From NCBI RefSeq assembly GCF_009834535.1, contig NC_045697.1:11968001-12032000 (forward strand): DNA of 64,000 bases, read 5' to 3'. Source of the stretch: Camelus ferus. Lineage: Eukaryota. The notes below the pieces were generated by a model that was given only the letters and a program-made list of their open reading frames with translations, was not told the origin of the DNA and did not search any database. Below, piece by piece: positions 51,675-64,000 of this stretch. Numbering within the stretch: position 1 is the stretch's first letter; each line of letters begins with the position of its first letter. A program made the position numbers and the translations under genes.

Positions 51675-52705
51675 TTTTTAAAAACCAGTTTTATTGAGGT
51701 AGGATTGACAAATTGCATATATTTAACATGTACAATGTGTTTTGATTATGTATTCACTGTGATATGATTACCACAATCAAGCCAATTAACATATCCATCA
51801 CCTCACAGATACTTTCTTTTGCACATGGTGAGAACACTTGAGACCTAACCTCAGCAAATTTCAAATATACATAATTATTAACTATAGTCATTATGATGTA
51901 CCTTAGGTCTCCAGAAAGTTTGTATGCTTTGACAAACATCTGCCTATTTCCCCCATTCCCCAGCCACTGATATTTCCCATTCTACTCTTTGTTACTATGA
52001 GTTCAACATTTTAAGATTCCACATATAGGTAGGATCACACAGCATTTGTCTTTCTGTATCTAGTGTATTTCACTTAGCATAATGTCCTCCAGATTGACTT
52101 ATGTTGTTGGAAATTGCAGGAGTTCCTTCTTTTTAAAAACTGAATTGTGTGTATATATAAATATCATATCTTCTTTATCCATTAGTTGATTGATGGACAC
52201 TTAAGATAATTTCTGTATTTTGGCCACTGTGAATAATGCTGCAATAAACATGGGAACACAGATATATCTGAGACAGTATCTTATTTCCTTTGAATATATA
52301 CCAAAAAGTGGGATTCCTGGACCATATGACAGTTCTATTTTTGTTTTTTTAAGGAACCTCCATACTGTTTCCCACCAACATGTATAAGGGCCCTCTTTTC
52401 TCAACATCCTCACCAACACTTGTTATCTTTTGACTTTTTGATAACAGTCATCCTCATAGGTGTGAAGTGATACCTTAATGTGGTTTTGATGTGAATTTCC
52501 TTGAGGATTAGTGATGTTGAGCATCTTTTCATATACCTGTTGGCCATCTGTATGCATTCTTTGGAAAAACATTTATTCAGGTCCTTTGCTCATTTTTTAC
52601 TTGGGTTATTTGGGGGTTTTTTTGCTATTGAATTGTATGGATCCTTATATATACTTTCTATTAACCCCTTATGGGATATACGGTTTACAAATAGTTTCTC
52701 CCGTT
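51675..52705 (-). mobile_element. L1 3' portion (L1MA9-like)
   Basis: tatgattaccacaatcaagccaattaacatatccatcacctcaca; antisense ORF2 C-terminal peptide (MFIAALFTVAK). Confidence 0.85.
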
Positions 52706-53059
52706 TCAAAGACTCCCATTTTTGTAATCGAGTATCTTTACATGTTATTAATCCTCCTCACTCCAAAGCTAATAAAAACAGTTAGGCTGACCTCTGGTGG
52801 CCAGATGCCTCATCTTTCAGTAACTGACAAAATGGTATTAAGTCACCTGTTGTTGTGGTGAGACAGACAAATAAAATATGGTAAAGGAAATAATATTGTT
52901 AGAAATTTGAGTTAAACAAAGCAACAAAGGTAGCAGGCACCCAAAGCACAGAGCTGAGCAATTAAAGGCCACAAAGTAAGAAAATGCCTCCAAATATTAG
53001 TTTATTCTAATTTTTAGTTCACCAATTGATTTTACATGAAAAACAAACGGAACATACAA

Positions 53060-53310
53060 TGGTTCCCAAAGTAAGAACAGTTCTATACTATCCAATACTG
53101 TAGCCACTAGCCCCATGTATCTACTGAGCACCTGAAATGTGGCTAGTATAAAATAACATCCAATTTCAAAGACTTAGTAGGGAAAAAAATAACGTAAATG
53201 ATCTCATCAATAATTTATGTTGATTACCTGTTAAAATGATATTTCAAATATACTTGGTTAAGAAATTAATGCCCTTTCTAGGTTTCTTTCATCACAGCTG
53301 TCTAGACATT
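53060..53310. mobile_element. MER3/MER33-like DNA transposon
   Basis: tccaatactgtagccactagccccatgtatctactgagcacctgaaatgtggctagt. Confidence 0.7.
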
Positions 53311-53705
53311 CTATATTTTTAGCTATGGTGAGATTATAAACATTATCAGTATATTCCACGCATTCTTAAACCTCTATGCTTTCCCTCTAGGTGATCAACC
53401 TAAAACATCCACCCCGCTTGCCTTTTCAGAAATTAGATATCTTGATAATTTTGAAATTATGGGCAACCCAACTGCTACCATATTTTTTATTTTAACTAGC
53501 ATTTGAATATCTATAATGTTTCAGGAATTAGGACTATAAGCAAGAGAGTGGACAAATAAATTATGGTGTATTAATACAACAGAATACTAAAGAAACCTAC
53601 CTGTATCTCAGTTTCCTCTTCTTAAAAGGAGAAAGACATTACCTTACAGGCTTTGTTTGTAAGGATTAAGTAGGGTAAAGTCCTTAAAACAGCCTCTGGC
53701 ATATT

Positions 53706-54109
53706 TGGTGATGAAATAAAATTCGTATTTTATGGCGGGACAAGAAAAATTTAAACATAAAATTCTTCTCTGCCTCTTTGGGTCTCTCTCCTCTTTAGTG
53801 TGTGTTGTGTATCTGCATTAACTAGACCTCGTTAGGAAATAACCTTCCTTCTTAATATTGCAAGAGGTCACATGACGCATGACGCACTATGCCCTTTGTA
53901 TTTGTAGATGTGGATTGTGTACAGTCAACAATGCATCATTTGAAGCATTAACTCTTTGTCTCAAAAATGTATATAACTGTGCTTAGACGGCTAAAAGTCA
54001 GCTCAGAGCTTCCTGAAAGACTACCTCCCAGGTTATCAGCCTCAGGTTGGCTTGACTAAAATTCTCCATTTCTTTCTTAGATCAACCATTGATTAATTTT
54101 TCCTCAACA
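53706..54109 (+). mobile_element. Solo LTR inserted in a MIR
   Basis: Imperfect inverted ends tggtgatgaaat / ttttcctcaaca, TATATAA at 53970-76, MIR sequence on both sides. No TSD seen. Confidence 0.55.
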
Positions 54110-54589
54110 AAGGGTCCATAAGGTGTTAAGTTATTGCTATAAAAGTATCAATATGAATAAATCTCAAAAATTATACTTACTGAAAAAAGCAAGTAGTATA
54201 CATGATTATTTATATAATGTTGGAACATGAAAACAATAATATACTTATTCAGAGATCTATTCTTGTCGTTAACACATAAAAGTTAACAGTAAATTCAGAA
54301 AATCCATTACTGCTGGGAGGGAAGGTAGTTCAATAGGAAAAAAGGCATACAGATGGCTTTATAATCTATTTATTTAGCTGGCTCAGAGTATTGAGACGTT
54401 GGTTTTTGTATGGTATAATTCCATTAAAAAAGTTTAAAGATTTAGTTCCTGCTGGAAGGTACTCCGAATTTATCCCGACCACTACTCTAAACCTTTTAGC
54501 ATTCTATGTTCTTTGTTGAAAACGCTGTCGTTATGCACTTTTGTAAACTAGGCTTCGAAAGCTGGTACATCTAGAACAAACTGTATCAA

Positions 54590-55770
54590 AATTAACTCGT
54601 GCCTCTCTTCGCGGCGGTTCCCAGACTGCCTCCCTCGTCTGTAGACCCTGCAGCAACCGCGGACCCAAGGCTTAAAGAGCCAGTGGCCAGCCTCCATGTG
54701 GAGACCTGAGAACGCCCCCTCAGCCGACCCGGGAACTTCCCCCTCATCAGTAGAAGCCGGGCCGCTGCCCAGCACTTCAGGGCGCCCTCTTTCCCTTCTC
54801 GATGCATCTCCGAACAAACCCCTCCTCCCCTTCAGCGGGAGCAGGGATTCTTCCCCTCAGCAGATTCCCTGTTCTCACCCATGGAGGATCCTTTCTTCTT
54901 CCTCGCCTCACACCCAGCCGCAAGACCTGGCCAGGCCTCGCGGCACCATCTCCGTTCCAACAGTAGGACCGCAGTCGGCCTCGCACCCTTTGCCGACACC
55001 ACTTCCGGGGGAGCCAACACCCCCTCTTCTCCTAGAAACGCCACTTCCCACCCGGAAAGCCGTTTAAAAGACCCTAAGCGCATGCGTCGAAACGGCGATG
55101 TTGAAGAGGGTGGCTCCATCCCGTCTCTCTACGCTCTCACGGAAATCTCGCGGTATTTCCTTCTCCCGCGGGAGTTATTTGAACGCTCTGGCGGTAGCCA
55201 CGCCCTCGGCTGCCCGCTGAACGGATTCTGAAGCGTCTTTGTGGAGATTCTGACGGTGGTCAGTCGGGCCTGCTGCAGCCGAGCGCGGATAGGCTTCATC
55301 CCGCCAGGGTCCCGGCGCCATGGGGGCGGAAAAGAAACTGTTGTCGATTAAGGAGGCCTTCCAGCTGGCGCAGCAGCCACACCAGAACCAGGCGAAGCTG
55401 GTGGTGGCGCTCAGCCGCACCTACGGCTCGGTAAGCGCGGTGCCGGACCTCCGCCGCCGCCGCCCGTTCCTGGCTCGGCCTCTCCCGGCGGCTTCCCTTG
55501 ACCCTCTGGGCTCCACGAACCAGAACTCCAAGCTATGTAACCTTCCTGACCCGGTTAGGAGAGATCTGGCAACTTGCCCGAGGTCTCCCGGGCACCCCCT
55601 TCTCCCTGGCGGCCTCCGGCACGGACCGTTAATTCTCTGTCGGGCGGTGAATTGGGATGGAGACCGGCGCCTAGTGCAGGGCCGCAGGGTGGACCCTGAA
55701 CCCAGTGGCTGGGCGATTGTTTTTCCCTCAGGTCACCGCCCACGTCAAATAACTAACCTCGCCCCACGGT
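54590..55770. promoter_or_regulatory. CpG island; bidirectional DCAF16/NCAPG promoter
   Basis: CpG-rich. Contains GABPA CACTTCCGG (55000-08), NRF1-like GCGCATGCGT (55078-87) and CDE/CHR gcggga-gtta-TTTGAA (55168-83). Candidate DCAF16 exon-1 donor gg|gtgaga at 54879. Confidence 0.88.
55320..55430 (+). CDS. NCAPG: Condensin I subunit CAP-G, coding exon 1 (MGAEKKLLSIKEAFQLAQQPHQNQAKLVVALSRTYGS)
   Basis: Kozak gccATGG, recognisable NCAPG N-terminus, donor tcg|gtaagc, 111 nt. Confidence 0.96.
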
Positions 55771-56359
55771 TTAATTGAATCAATCACGAATTAGCAAATT
55801 AATCATTAGGACCTGGTTCCTCTCTAGTAATGTAAATACTGTTTCGTTTTGAATGGAGCCTTGAGAAGAGTAGGACAATGAATTTCAGGAAAATAAATTA
55901 TTTTGAAGTCCAAGAAAAATTGTAAGTCAGTGAACAGGGCTTGAGGATATGAGATAGGATGTGAAAGTTGGTCAAAAGGAAATTGCTGTGTAACATTAAG
56001 GGTAAATATGACAAAATATTAAAGCCATTGTTGATTTAGGGTTGTTAATGAAGAATTAGATTTTTACTAAACTGATACCAAGGCATTGTATTGAGAATTC
56101 AAGGATATTGAAAAAAATCAGAGGAGTCTTTTCACTGTCAAAATTCAGGTTTGTTTACTCCCTGGGAATAGTAAATTTCTATGGAGAGAAATTCGTGCAA
56201 ATTAATTTTTCTTTTGATGATATGGATAACTGAGAGTTTACTAAATAATGATTTTAGCTTGTTTAAGTTATGGCTAGTGTTTCTACTGGCTTAACTCTGG
56301 TAAAGCTGAGCAAAAAAGGATTTTGTGTATGCAGTTTGTGAAGAGTTTTTGTCTTTCAG

Positions 56360-56563
56360 ATGCATGACAAAACAGATTTTCACGAGGAGTTTGTTCATTA
56401 CCTTAAATATGCTATGGTGGTCTATAAACGAGAACCAGCTGTGGAGAGAGTAATAGAATTTGCAGCCAAGTTTGTTACCTCATTTCACCAGTCAGATATG
56501 GAAGATGATGAGGAAGAGAAAGATGGTGGCATTTTAAATTTTTTGTTCACTTTTCTGTTAAAG
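56360..56563 (+). CDS. NCAPG: NCAPG exon 2 (MHDKTDFHEEFVHYLKY...FLFTFLLK)
   Basis: ttcag| acceptor, aag|gtatat donor, 204 nt, in frame with exon 1. Confidence 0.96.
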
Positions 56564-57068
56564 GTATATGAAAACTAGAACTTTGGGGAAATATTGTAGA
56601 AAATTTTACTATTTTAAAAGAGCCATGGGAGTTTGTATATTTTAGAGAATGAAATATCTGGTAATTGAGAAAATGTCTGAATGGATCTTCTTTTTGTAGG
56701 AAATATTAGAACTGTCATTAAGATTGAAAGGTGAACTTTTTAAATAACTCCAGCATTAAATTTTTAATGACCATTCTAAACCAGTTCTTACATACATTTG
56801 TTTTAAATGAGTTCTCTATTTTAGAAGTAAAGTAAGAATTCCTGAAAAGAGGAATACGCTCTTGTAATTTAGCAACTACTTTGGACTGTGTATATTTTGA
56901 GATTTTGTATTATGTGTATGTAGTATACATATGGATCAAGGTAACATAGTTTCTCTGCAAGGAATGAACTGTAACTTCTTAAATCCTAAACATACAGAAT
57001 TCAAATGTTATGTCATTATTTAGTAATATTATGTGACTTGGAATAATTTTGATTTGTTTGTGTTTTAG

Positions 57069-57297
57069 TCTCATGAGGCAAACAGCAATGCAGTTAGATT
57101 TAGAGTGTGCCAGCTCATAAACAAGCTCTTGGGAAATATGCCAGAAAATGCCCAGATTGATGATGATTTGTTTGATGAAATTAATGAAGCCATGCTTATT
57201 AGATTGAAAGATAAAATTCCAAATGTAAGGATACAGGCAGTTCTTGCTCTTTCACGCCTTCAGGATCCCAAAGATGATGAATGCCCGGTGGTTAATG
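57069..57297 (+). CDS. NCAPG: NCAPG exon 3 (SHEANSNAVRFRVCQ...DDECPVVN), HEAT repeat region; gene continues beyond the window
   Basis: ttttag| acceptor, atg|gtatgt donor, 229 nt, in frame. Confidence 0.96.
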
Positions 57298-57361
57298 GTA
57301 TGTATAGCTTCCTAAATCCTTTTTCAGTTTTGCTGACTTTGTTAAATTCTCAGCAGATGAA

Positions 57362-60300
57362 TTTTCTTTCTTTTTCTTTTTTTAAATTGAAGTATAGTCA
57401 TTTACAATGTGTCTATTTCTGGTATACAGCATAATGTCCCAATAATACAGGTGTGTGTGTGTGTGTGTGTATATACACATACATACATGTATTTGTTTTC
57501 ATATTCTTTTTCATTAAACTTCATTATTGAATAATGTTCCAGTAATACACATATACATATAATTATTTTCATATTCTTTTTCATTAAAAGTTATTATTGA
57601 ATACAGTTCTCTGTGCTAAACAGAAGAAATTTGTTTTTTAATCTGTTTTCATATATAGTAGTTAACATCTGCAAATCTCAAACTCCCAAATTTATCTCTT
57701 CCCACCTTTTCTCCCAGTAACCATAAGATTGTTTACTATGTCTGTGAGTCTGTTTCTGTTTTGTAGATGAGTTCATTATTGTCTTCTTTTTTCTTTTTTT
57801 AGATTCCAAATATGAGTGATAAAACTATGGTATTTTTCTTTCTCCTTCTGGCTTACTTCACTTAGAATGACCATCTTCAGGTCCATCCATGTTGCTGCAG
57901 ATGGCATTATTTTATTCTTTTTTACGGCTGGGTAGTATTCCATTGTATGACTATACCACAACTTCTTTATCCAGTCATCTGTCAGTGGACATTTAGGTTG
58001 CTTCCATGTCTGAGCTATTGTATATAGTGTTGCTGTGAACATTGGAGTGCATGTATCTTTTCGAATTAAGTTTCCCTCTGGATATATGCCCAGGAGTGGG
58101 ATTGCTGATCATATGGTAACTTTATTTTTAGTTCTTTGAGGAATCTCTATACTGTTTTCCATAATGGCTGCACCAAACTACATTCCCACCAACAGTGTAG
58201 GAGGGTTCTCTTTCCTCCATACCCTCTCCACCATTTATAGTTTTTGGACTTTTGAATGATGGCCGTTCTGACAGGTGTGAGGTGATACCTCATTGTAGTT
58301 TTGATTTGAATTTCTCTGATAATTAGCAATATTGAGCAGTTTTACATGTGCCCATTGGTCATTTATATGTCTTCATTGGAGAATTGCTTATTTAGGTCTT
58401 CTGCCCATTTTTGAACTGGGTTGGGTTTTTTTTTGTTTATTAAGTAGTATGAGCTTTTTATATATTCTGGAAATTAAACCTTTGTCAGTTGCATCATTTG
58501 CAAATATTTTTTCCCATTCTGTAGGTTGTTGTTTTGGTTATGGTTTCCTTTGCTGTGCAAAAGCCTATAAGTTATTTAGGTCCCATTTGTTTATTTTTGC
58601 TTTTATTTCTGTTGCCTTGGTAGACTGCCCTAGGAGAACATTGCTAAGATTTATGTCAGAATGTTTTGCCTATGTTTCCTTCTGGGACGTTTATAGTGTC
58701 TTGTCTTATATTCTCTTTAAGCCATTTCGAATTTATTTTTGTGTATGGTGTGAGGGAGTGTTCTAACTTCATTGGTTTACATGCAGCTGTCCAGTTTTCC
58801 CAACACCACTTGCTGAAGAGACTGTCTTTTCTTCACTGTATATTCTTGCTTCCTTTGTCAAAGATTAGTTGACTGTAGGTCTGTGGGTTTATTTCTGGTC
58901 TCTCTGTTCTGTTCCATTGATTGATATGTCTGTTTTTGTGCCAATTTGCTGTTTTGATTACTGTGGCTTTGTAGTGTTATCTGAAGTTTGGGAGTGTTAT
59001 TCCTCCAGCTTCGTTCTTTTTCTTCAGTATTGCTTGGGCAATTCTGGGTCTTTTGTGATTCCATATAAATTTTAAGATTATTTGTTCTAGTTCTGTGAAA
59101 AATGTCATGGGTAATTTGATAGGGATCAAATCCTTGGGTTTACCTTGGGTAGTATGGCCATTTTAACAGTACTGATTCTTACAATCCAAGGGCATGGGCT
59201 ATCTTTTCATTTCTTTAAGTCACCTTTAATTTCCTTAATCAGTGTTTTGTAGTTCTTCTTGTATAAGTCTTTCACGTACTTGGTCAGATTTATTCCCAAG
59301 TATTTTATTGTTTTGGATGTTATTTTAAAAGGGATTGTTTCTTTTACTTTGTTTTTGTGATACTTCATTATTAGTATAAAGAAATGCAACTGATTTCTGT
59401 ATGTTAATCTTGTATCCTGCTACCTTGCTGAGTTCTTTTTATCAGCTCTAGTAGTTTTTGTTTGGAGCTTTTAGAGTTTTCTGTGTATTGTATCATGTTA
59501 TCCACATACAGTGACAATGTCACCTCTTCCAGGTTGGATCCCTTTTATTTCTTTTTCTTGCTTGATTGCTGTGGCTAGGACTTCTAATACTGTGTTGAAT
59601 AGGTTGAATGGAAGTGGTGAGAGTAGGCATCCTTGTTTTGTTTCAGATTTTAGGGGGAAGGCTTTCAGCATTTCACCGATGAGCAGTATGCTGGCTGTCG
59701 GTTTATTGTAAATAGCTTTTATTATGTTGAGATATTTTCCCTCCATACCCACTTTGGTAAGAGTGTCATAAATGGGTGTTGAATTTTATCAATGCTTTTT
59801 CTGCATCTATTGAGATGACCATGTGATTTTTGTCCTTTCTTTTGTTGATATGGTGTATCACATTCATTGATTTGCATATGTTGAACCATCCTTATGTCCC
59901 TGGAATGAATCCAGCGTGATCACGGTATATGATCTTTTTTATGAGTTGCTAGGTTCTGTTTGCTAATATTTTGTTGAGGATTTTTGCATCTAAGTTCATC
60001 AGTAATATTGACCTGTAATTTTCTTTTTTGATTGTGTCTTTGTCTGGGTTTGGTATCAGGGTGATGGTGGCTTCATAGAATGAGTTTGGGAGTGTTCCCT
60101 CCTTTTCAATCTTTGGGAAGTTTGAGAAGGATTGGTATGAATTCTTCTTTGTATGTTTGGTAGAATTCCCTAGTGAAGCCATCTGGTCCTGGACTTTTTT
60201 TTTTAGGGAGGTTTTTTTTTATCACTGGTTCTCTTTCATTTCTAGTGATCAGTCTGTTCAGGTGGTCAGTTTCTTCTTGATCCAGTCTTGGTGGACTGTA

Positions 60301-62585
60301 CGTTTCCAGAAACTTGTCCATTTCTTCTAGGTTGTCCAATTTGTTTCCATATTGTTATTCAGAGTATACTCTTATGATTTTTTTTGTATTTCTGTTGTAT
60401 TGGTTGTAATTTCTCCATTTTCCTTTCTTATTTTGTTTATTTGTGTCCTCTCTCTTTTCTTGGTGAGCCTGGCCAGAGGTTTGTCGATTTTGTTTACCCT
60501 TTCAAAAAACCAGATCTTAGTTTGGGTTTTTTTAAAAATTATTTTTAAAAATCTCTATTTTATTTATTTCCTCCCTGATATTTATTATTTCTTTCCTTCT
60601 ACTGATTTTAAGTTTTGCTTACTCTTCTTTTTCTAATTCTTTTAGGGGGTAGGTTAGATTGTTTATTTGAGAGTGTTCTTGTTTTCTGAGGAAGGCCTGT
60701 ATCGCTGTGAACTTCCCTTTTAGGACTGCTTTTGCTGCATCCCATAGGTTTTGTGTGGTTGTGTTTTCATTGTTGTTTGTCTCAAACTATTTTTAAATTT
60801 CTTCTTTGATTTCATCTTTGACCCATTGCTTTTTTAGTAGCATGTAGTTTAGTCTCCAGGTGGTGGTTTTTTTCACTCATTTGTTTTTCTGTGGTTGATT
60901 TCTAGTTTCATTCTGTTGTGGTCAGAAAAGATGCTTGACATAATTTCTATCCTCCTAAATTTGTTGAGGCTTCTTTTGTGCCCAAGTATGTGGTCTATCC
61001 TACAGAGTATTTCATGTGCATTTGAACAGAATATATATTCTGTTTTTTGGGGGATGTAATGTCCAAAAACTATCAACCAAATCCAACTTTTCTATTGTGT
61101 AATTTAGTTTCTCCATTGCCTTACAATTTTTTGTCTGAAAGATCTGTCCAGTGATGTTAATGAGGTGTTTAAGTCTCCTACTATGATTGTGTTCCCATCA
61201 ATTTCTCCCTTTATGTCTGTTAGTATTTGCTTAATGTATTTAGGTGCTACTATATTGGATGCATATATGTTAACGAATGTAATATCTTCATCTTGTATTG
61301 CTCCTTTAATCATTATATAGTGTCCTTCTTTATCCTTCTTCTTGACCTTTGTTTTAAAGTCTGTTTTGTCCGAAATCAGTATTGCTACTCTTGCTTTCTT
61401 GTTGTTTCCATTTACATGAAATATCTTTTTCCATCCTCTCACTTTCAATCTATGTGCACCCTTCTCCCTAAAATGGATCTCTTGTATGCAGCATATTGTA
61501 GATTCTTGTTTTATTATCCAATCTGCCATTCTGTGTCTTTTGATTGGCACATTTAGTCCATTGACATTTACAGTAATTATTGATAGATGTGTGTTTTTGC
61601 CATTTTGAACTTGTTTTCCAGTTGATTTGATATTTCCTCTTTCTTTCTTCCTTTCTTTTTTTTCTTTTTCTTTTTGTTGTTTGATAATTTTCTTTTGTAT
61701 TATCTTGGTTTCTGTTTGGTTTTTGTGACTCTATTGTATGCTTTTGATTTGTGGTTACATTGTTTTTCAAGTATATTAACCCATCTGCTTGCTTTCAACT
61801 GGTAGTCATATAAGCTCAGACATATCCTAAAAAGAATTTTAAAAAAATCTATTTTCTTGCTCCCCTCTCCCACCTTTTATGATTTTGATGTCCTCTTTTA
61901 CATCTTCATGTTTATTCTCTTACAACTCATTATAGTTATTGCATCTCCAGTTGTGGTTTTCTCCTTTCTGTAGCTTCTTGCTTCTTTTTTTTTAGAGTAG
62001 AGCTTTCAATATTTCTTTTAAGATAGGTTTAGTAATGCTGAATTCTTTTAGATTTTGCTTGTCTGTAAAATTCTTTGTCGTTCTGTTCTAAGGTTTACTC
62101 TTGCTGGGTAAAGAATCCTAGATTTTCTCATTCAGGACTTCAAATGTGTCTTGTCACTCCCTTCTGGCCTGCAATGTTTCTGTTGAGAAATCAGCTGAAA
62201 GCCTTATAGGGGGATCCCTTCTAACTAACTTTGTTTTTTCCCTGGCTGCCTTAGAATCATTTCTTCAACTTTGGTCATCTTAATTATAATATATCTTGGT
62301 GTAGGTCTATGTGGATTCTTCTTGTTTGGGACCTTCTGTGCTTCCTGTGCTTGGATATCTGATTCCTTCTTTAGGTTTGGGAAATTTTCAGTCATGGTTT
62401 CTTCAAATACCTTTTCAATTTTGAATTCCCTTTCCTCTTCTCCTTCTGGGACTCCTGTTATGCATGCTTTATATTATCCTATAGGTGCCTTATATTGCTT
62501 TCAGATTCTTACTTGCTTTTCTGCCTACTGTTCTCATTGAGTTATTTCTGTTATCCTGTCTTCTAAGTCACTTATTCATTCCTCT
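57362..62585 (-). mobile_element. ~5.2 kb antisense LINE-1 (part of ORF1, ORF2, 3' UTR), disrupted, in NCAPG intron 3
   Basis: EN peptide (ICCIQEIH...IIVGDLNTSL), [11 protein letters not shown] region (QGCLLSPL), C-terminal MFTATLYTIA; many stops and frameshifts. Confidence 0.93.
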
Positions 62586-64000
62586 CATGCAGGGAACATA
62601 AAAGCTGGTGGCAGACATTCCAAGAGTGTTCATGTACATGAGTTTTTCTGGAGGCTTACATCTTGATTAAATCATCAGCACCTAAAACCTAGCCCCACCT
62701 AGCAGCCTGTAGGCTTAAGGGTTGGGAAGCCTCAGGCCAAACAACATACTGGTATCAGCAGACTTCCTGAGCCACAGGCACCTCTAGACACAACCCTAGA
62801 TAAGGCCCTACCCACCAGAGGACCAGGACCAAGCTCTACCCAGCAGGGGGGCAGGCACCAACTCCTCCTTCCAGGAAACCTGCATAAGCCTCTAGTCCAG
62901 CCTTATCCACCAGGGGGCAGATTCCAGAAATAATAAAACAACAATCCCAAAGCACCTGGAAGGAATCCACAAACACAGGCCAGACTATAAACACTGGAAC
63001 TGGCTGGGCCCAGGCCCTTGGGTGACAAGAGAGGAGTGTACTGCTGGGATGCATACGATGTCTCCCAGAGAGGGCCACCTCTGTAAGATCGAGAAACATA
63101 ACTAACCTACCTAAAAATACAAATAGAAAGACAATATGAGGTGGCAGAGGAATAGCTCCCAGGCCAAGGCACAAGATAAAACCCCAGAAAAAGAAATAAG
63201 TGATGAGGAGATAGGCAATTTATCTGAGAAAGAGTTCAGAGTAATAATGGTGAAGATGTTCAGAGAACTCATGAGGAGTAATTAAGAATTAAGTTTTTAG
63301 CAAAGAGTTGGAAAGTATAAAGAATACCCAAACAGAGTTGAAGAATAAAATCACTGAAATGAATAATGCACTAGAAGGAACCAAGAATAGACTAAGTGAG
63401 GCAGAAGAGCAGATAAGTGAGCTAGAAGACAGATTAGTGGAAATCATTACTGCAGAACAGAAAGAAAGAAAAAAGAATGAAAAGAAATGAGGATAGTTTA
63501 AGAGAACTCTGAGACGACATGAAGTGCTCCAATATTCACATTATAGGGGTCCCAGAATGAGAAGAGAGAGAGAAAGGACCTGAGAAAACTTGAAGAGATA
63601 ATATCCAAAAACTCCCCCAGCTTGGGAAATGAAACAGTCACCTAAGTCCATGAAGTACAGAGTTCCACACAGGATCAACCCAGAGGAACACACCAAGGCA
63701 AATAGTAATCAAACTGACAAAAATTAAGGGGAAAATATTAACAAGAGAAAAGCAACAAATAACATATAAGGGAATTCTCATAAGGTTATCAGCTGATTTT
63801 TCAGCAGAAATGCTACAGGCCAGAAGGGAGTGGCACAATATATTTAAAGTGATGAAAGAAGAAAACTTACAACCGAGAATACTCTATCCATCAAGGCTCT
63901 CAGTCAGATTTGATGAAGAAATCAAAAGCTTTACAGGTAAACAAAAGCGAAAGGAATTCAGCACCACCAAACCACCTTTACAACAGATGTTAAAGGATCT
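62586..64000 (+). mobile_element. Sense LINE-1, partial 5' UTR and disrupted ORF1, running off the window
   Basis: ORF1 coiled-coil peptide ELKNKITEMNNALEGTKNRLSEAEEQISELEDRL; aggttatcagctgatttttcagcagaa (RLSADFSAE). Confidence 0.9.

Noticed and set aside
52784..52803. Reverse CTCF-like motif TGGCCACCAGAGGTCAGC
   Set aside because: It has a mismatch at a normally conserved G of the GGC core and is too weak to call without data.
57776..63838. L1 ORF fragments as active genes
   Set aside because: Multiple stops and frameshifts; no intact ORF1 or ORF2.
62000..64000. Twin-priming 5' inversion of a single L1
   Set aside because: Both arms contain the same ORF1 region with diverged sequence, so they are two elements.

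Overview
Mammalian genomic DNA, probably a camelid (inferred from five copies of a tRNA-Ala-derived Vic-1-like SINE), covering the FAM184B-DCAF16-NCAPG locus. Positions 1-28684 are FAM184B intron 1 (minus strand). FAM184B coding exon 1 lies in a CpG island at 28685-28831. The intronless DCAF16 CDS is at 45286-45936 (minus). A bidirectional CpG-island promoter near 55.0-55.3 kb drives DCAF16 and NCAPG, and NCAPG exons 1-3 are present on the plus strand. Most of the rest is L1, LTR, DNA-transposon and SINE sequence. The main candidate discovery is that DCAF16 appears to sit at the gag position of a very old class III-like endogenous retrovirus on the minus strand. In order, I see a PBS-like motif and a perfect splice donor in the leader, gag-capsid-like motifs continuing in frame past the DCAF16 stop, degenerate RT and integrase motifs at about 40.8-42.6 kb, and env-like segments at 34.3-40.4 kb. 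The env-like segments are split by phase-matched GT-AG introns and end at an AATAAA. These homologies are by-eye comparisons to motif patterns recalled from memory, not computed, and need HMM or structure searches.
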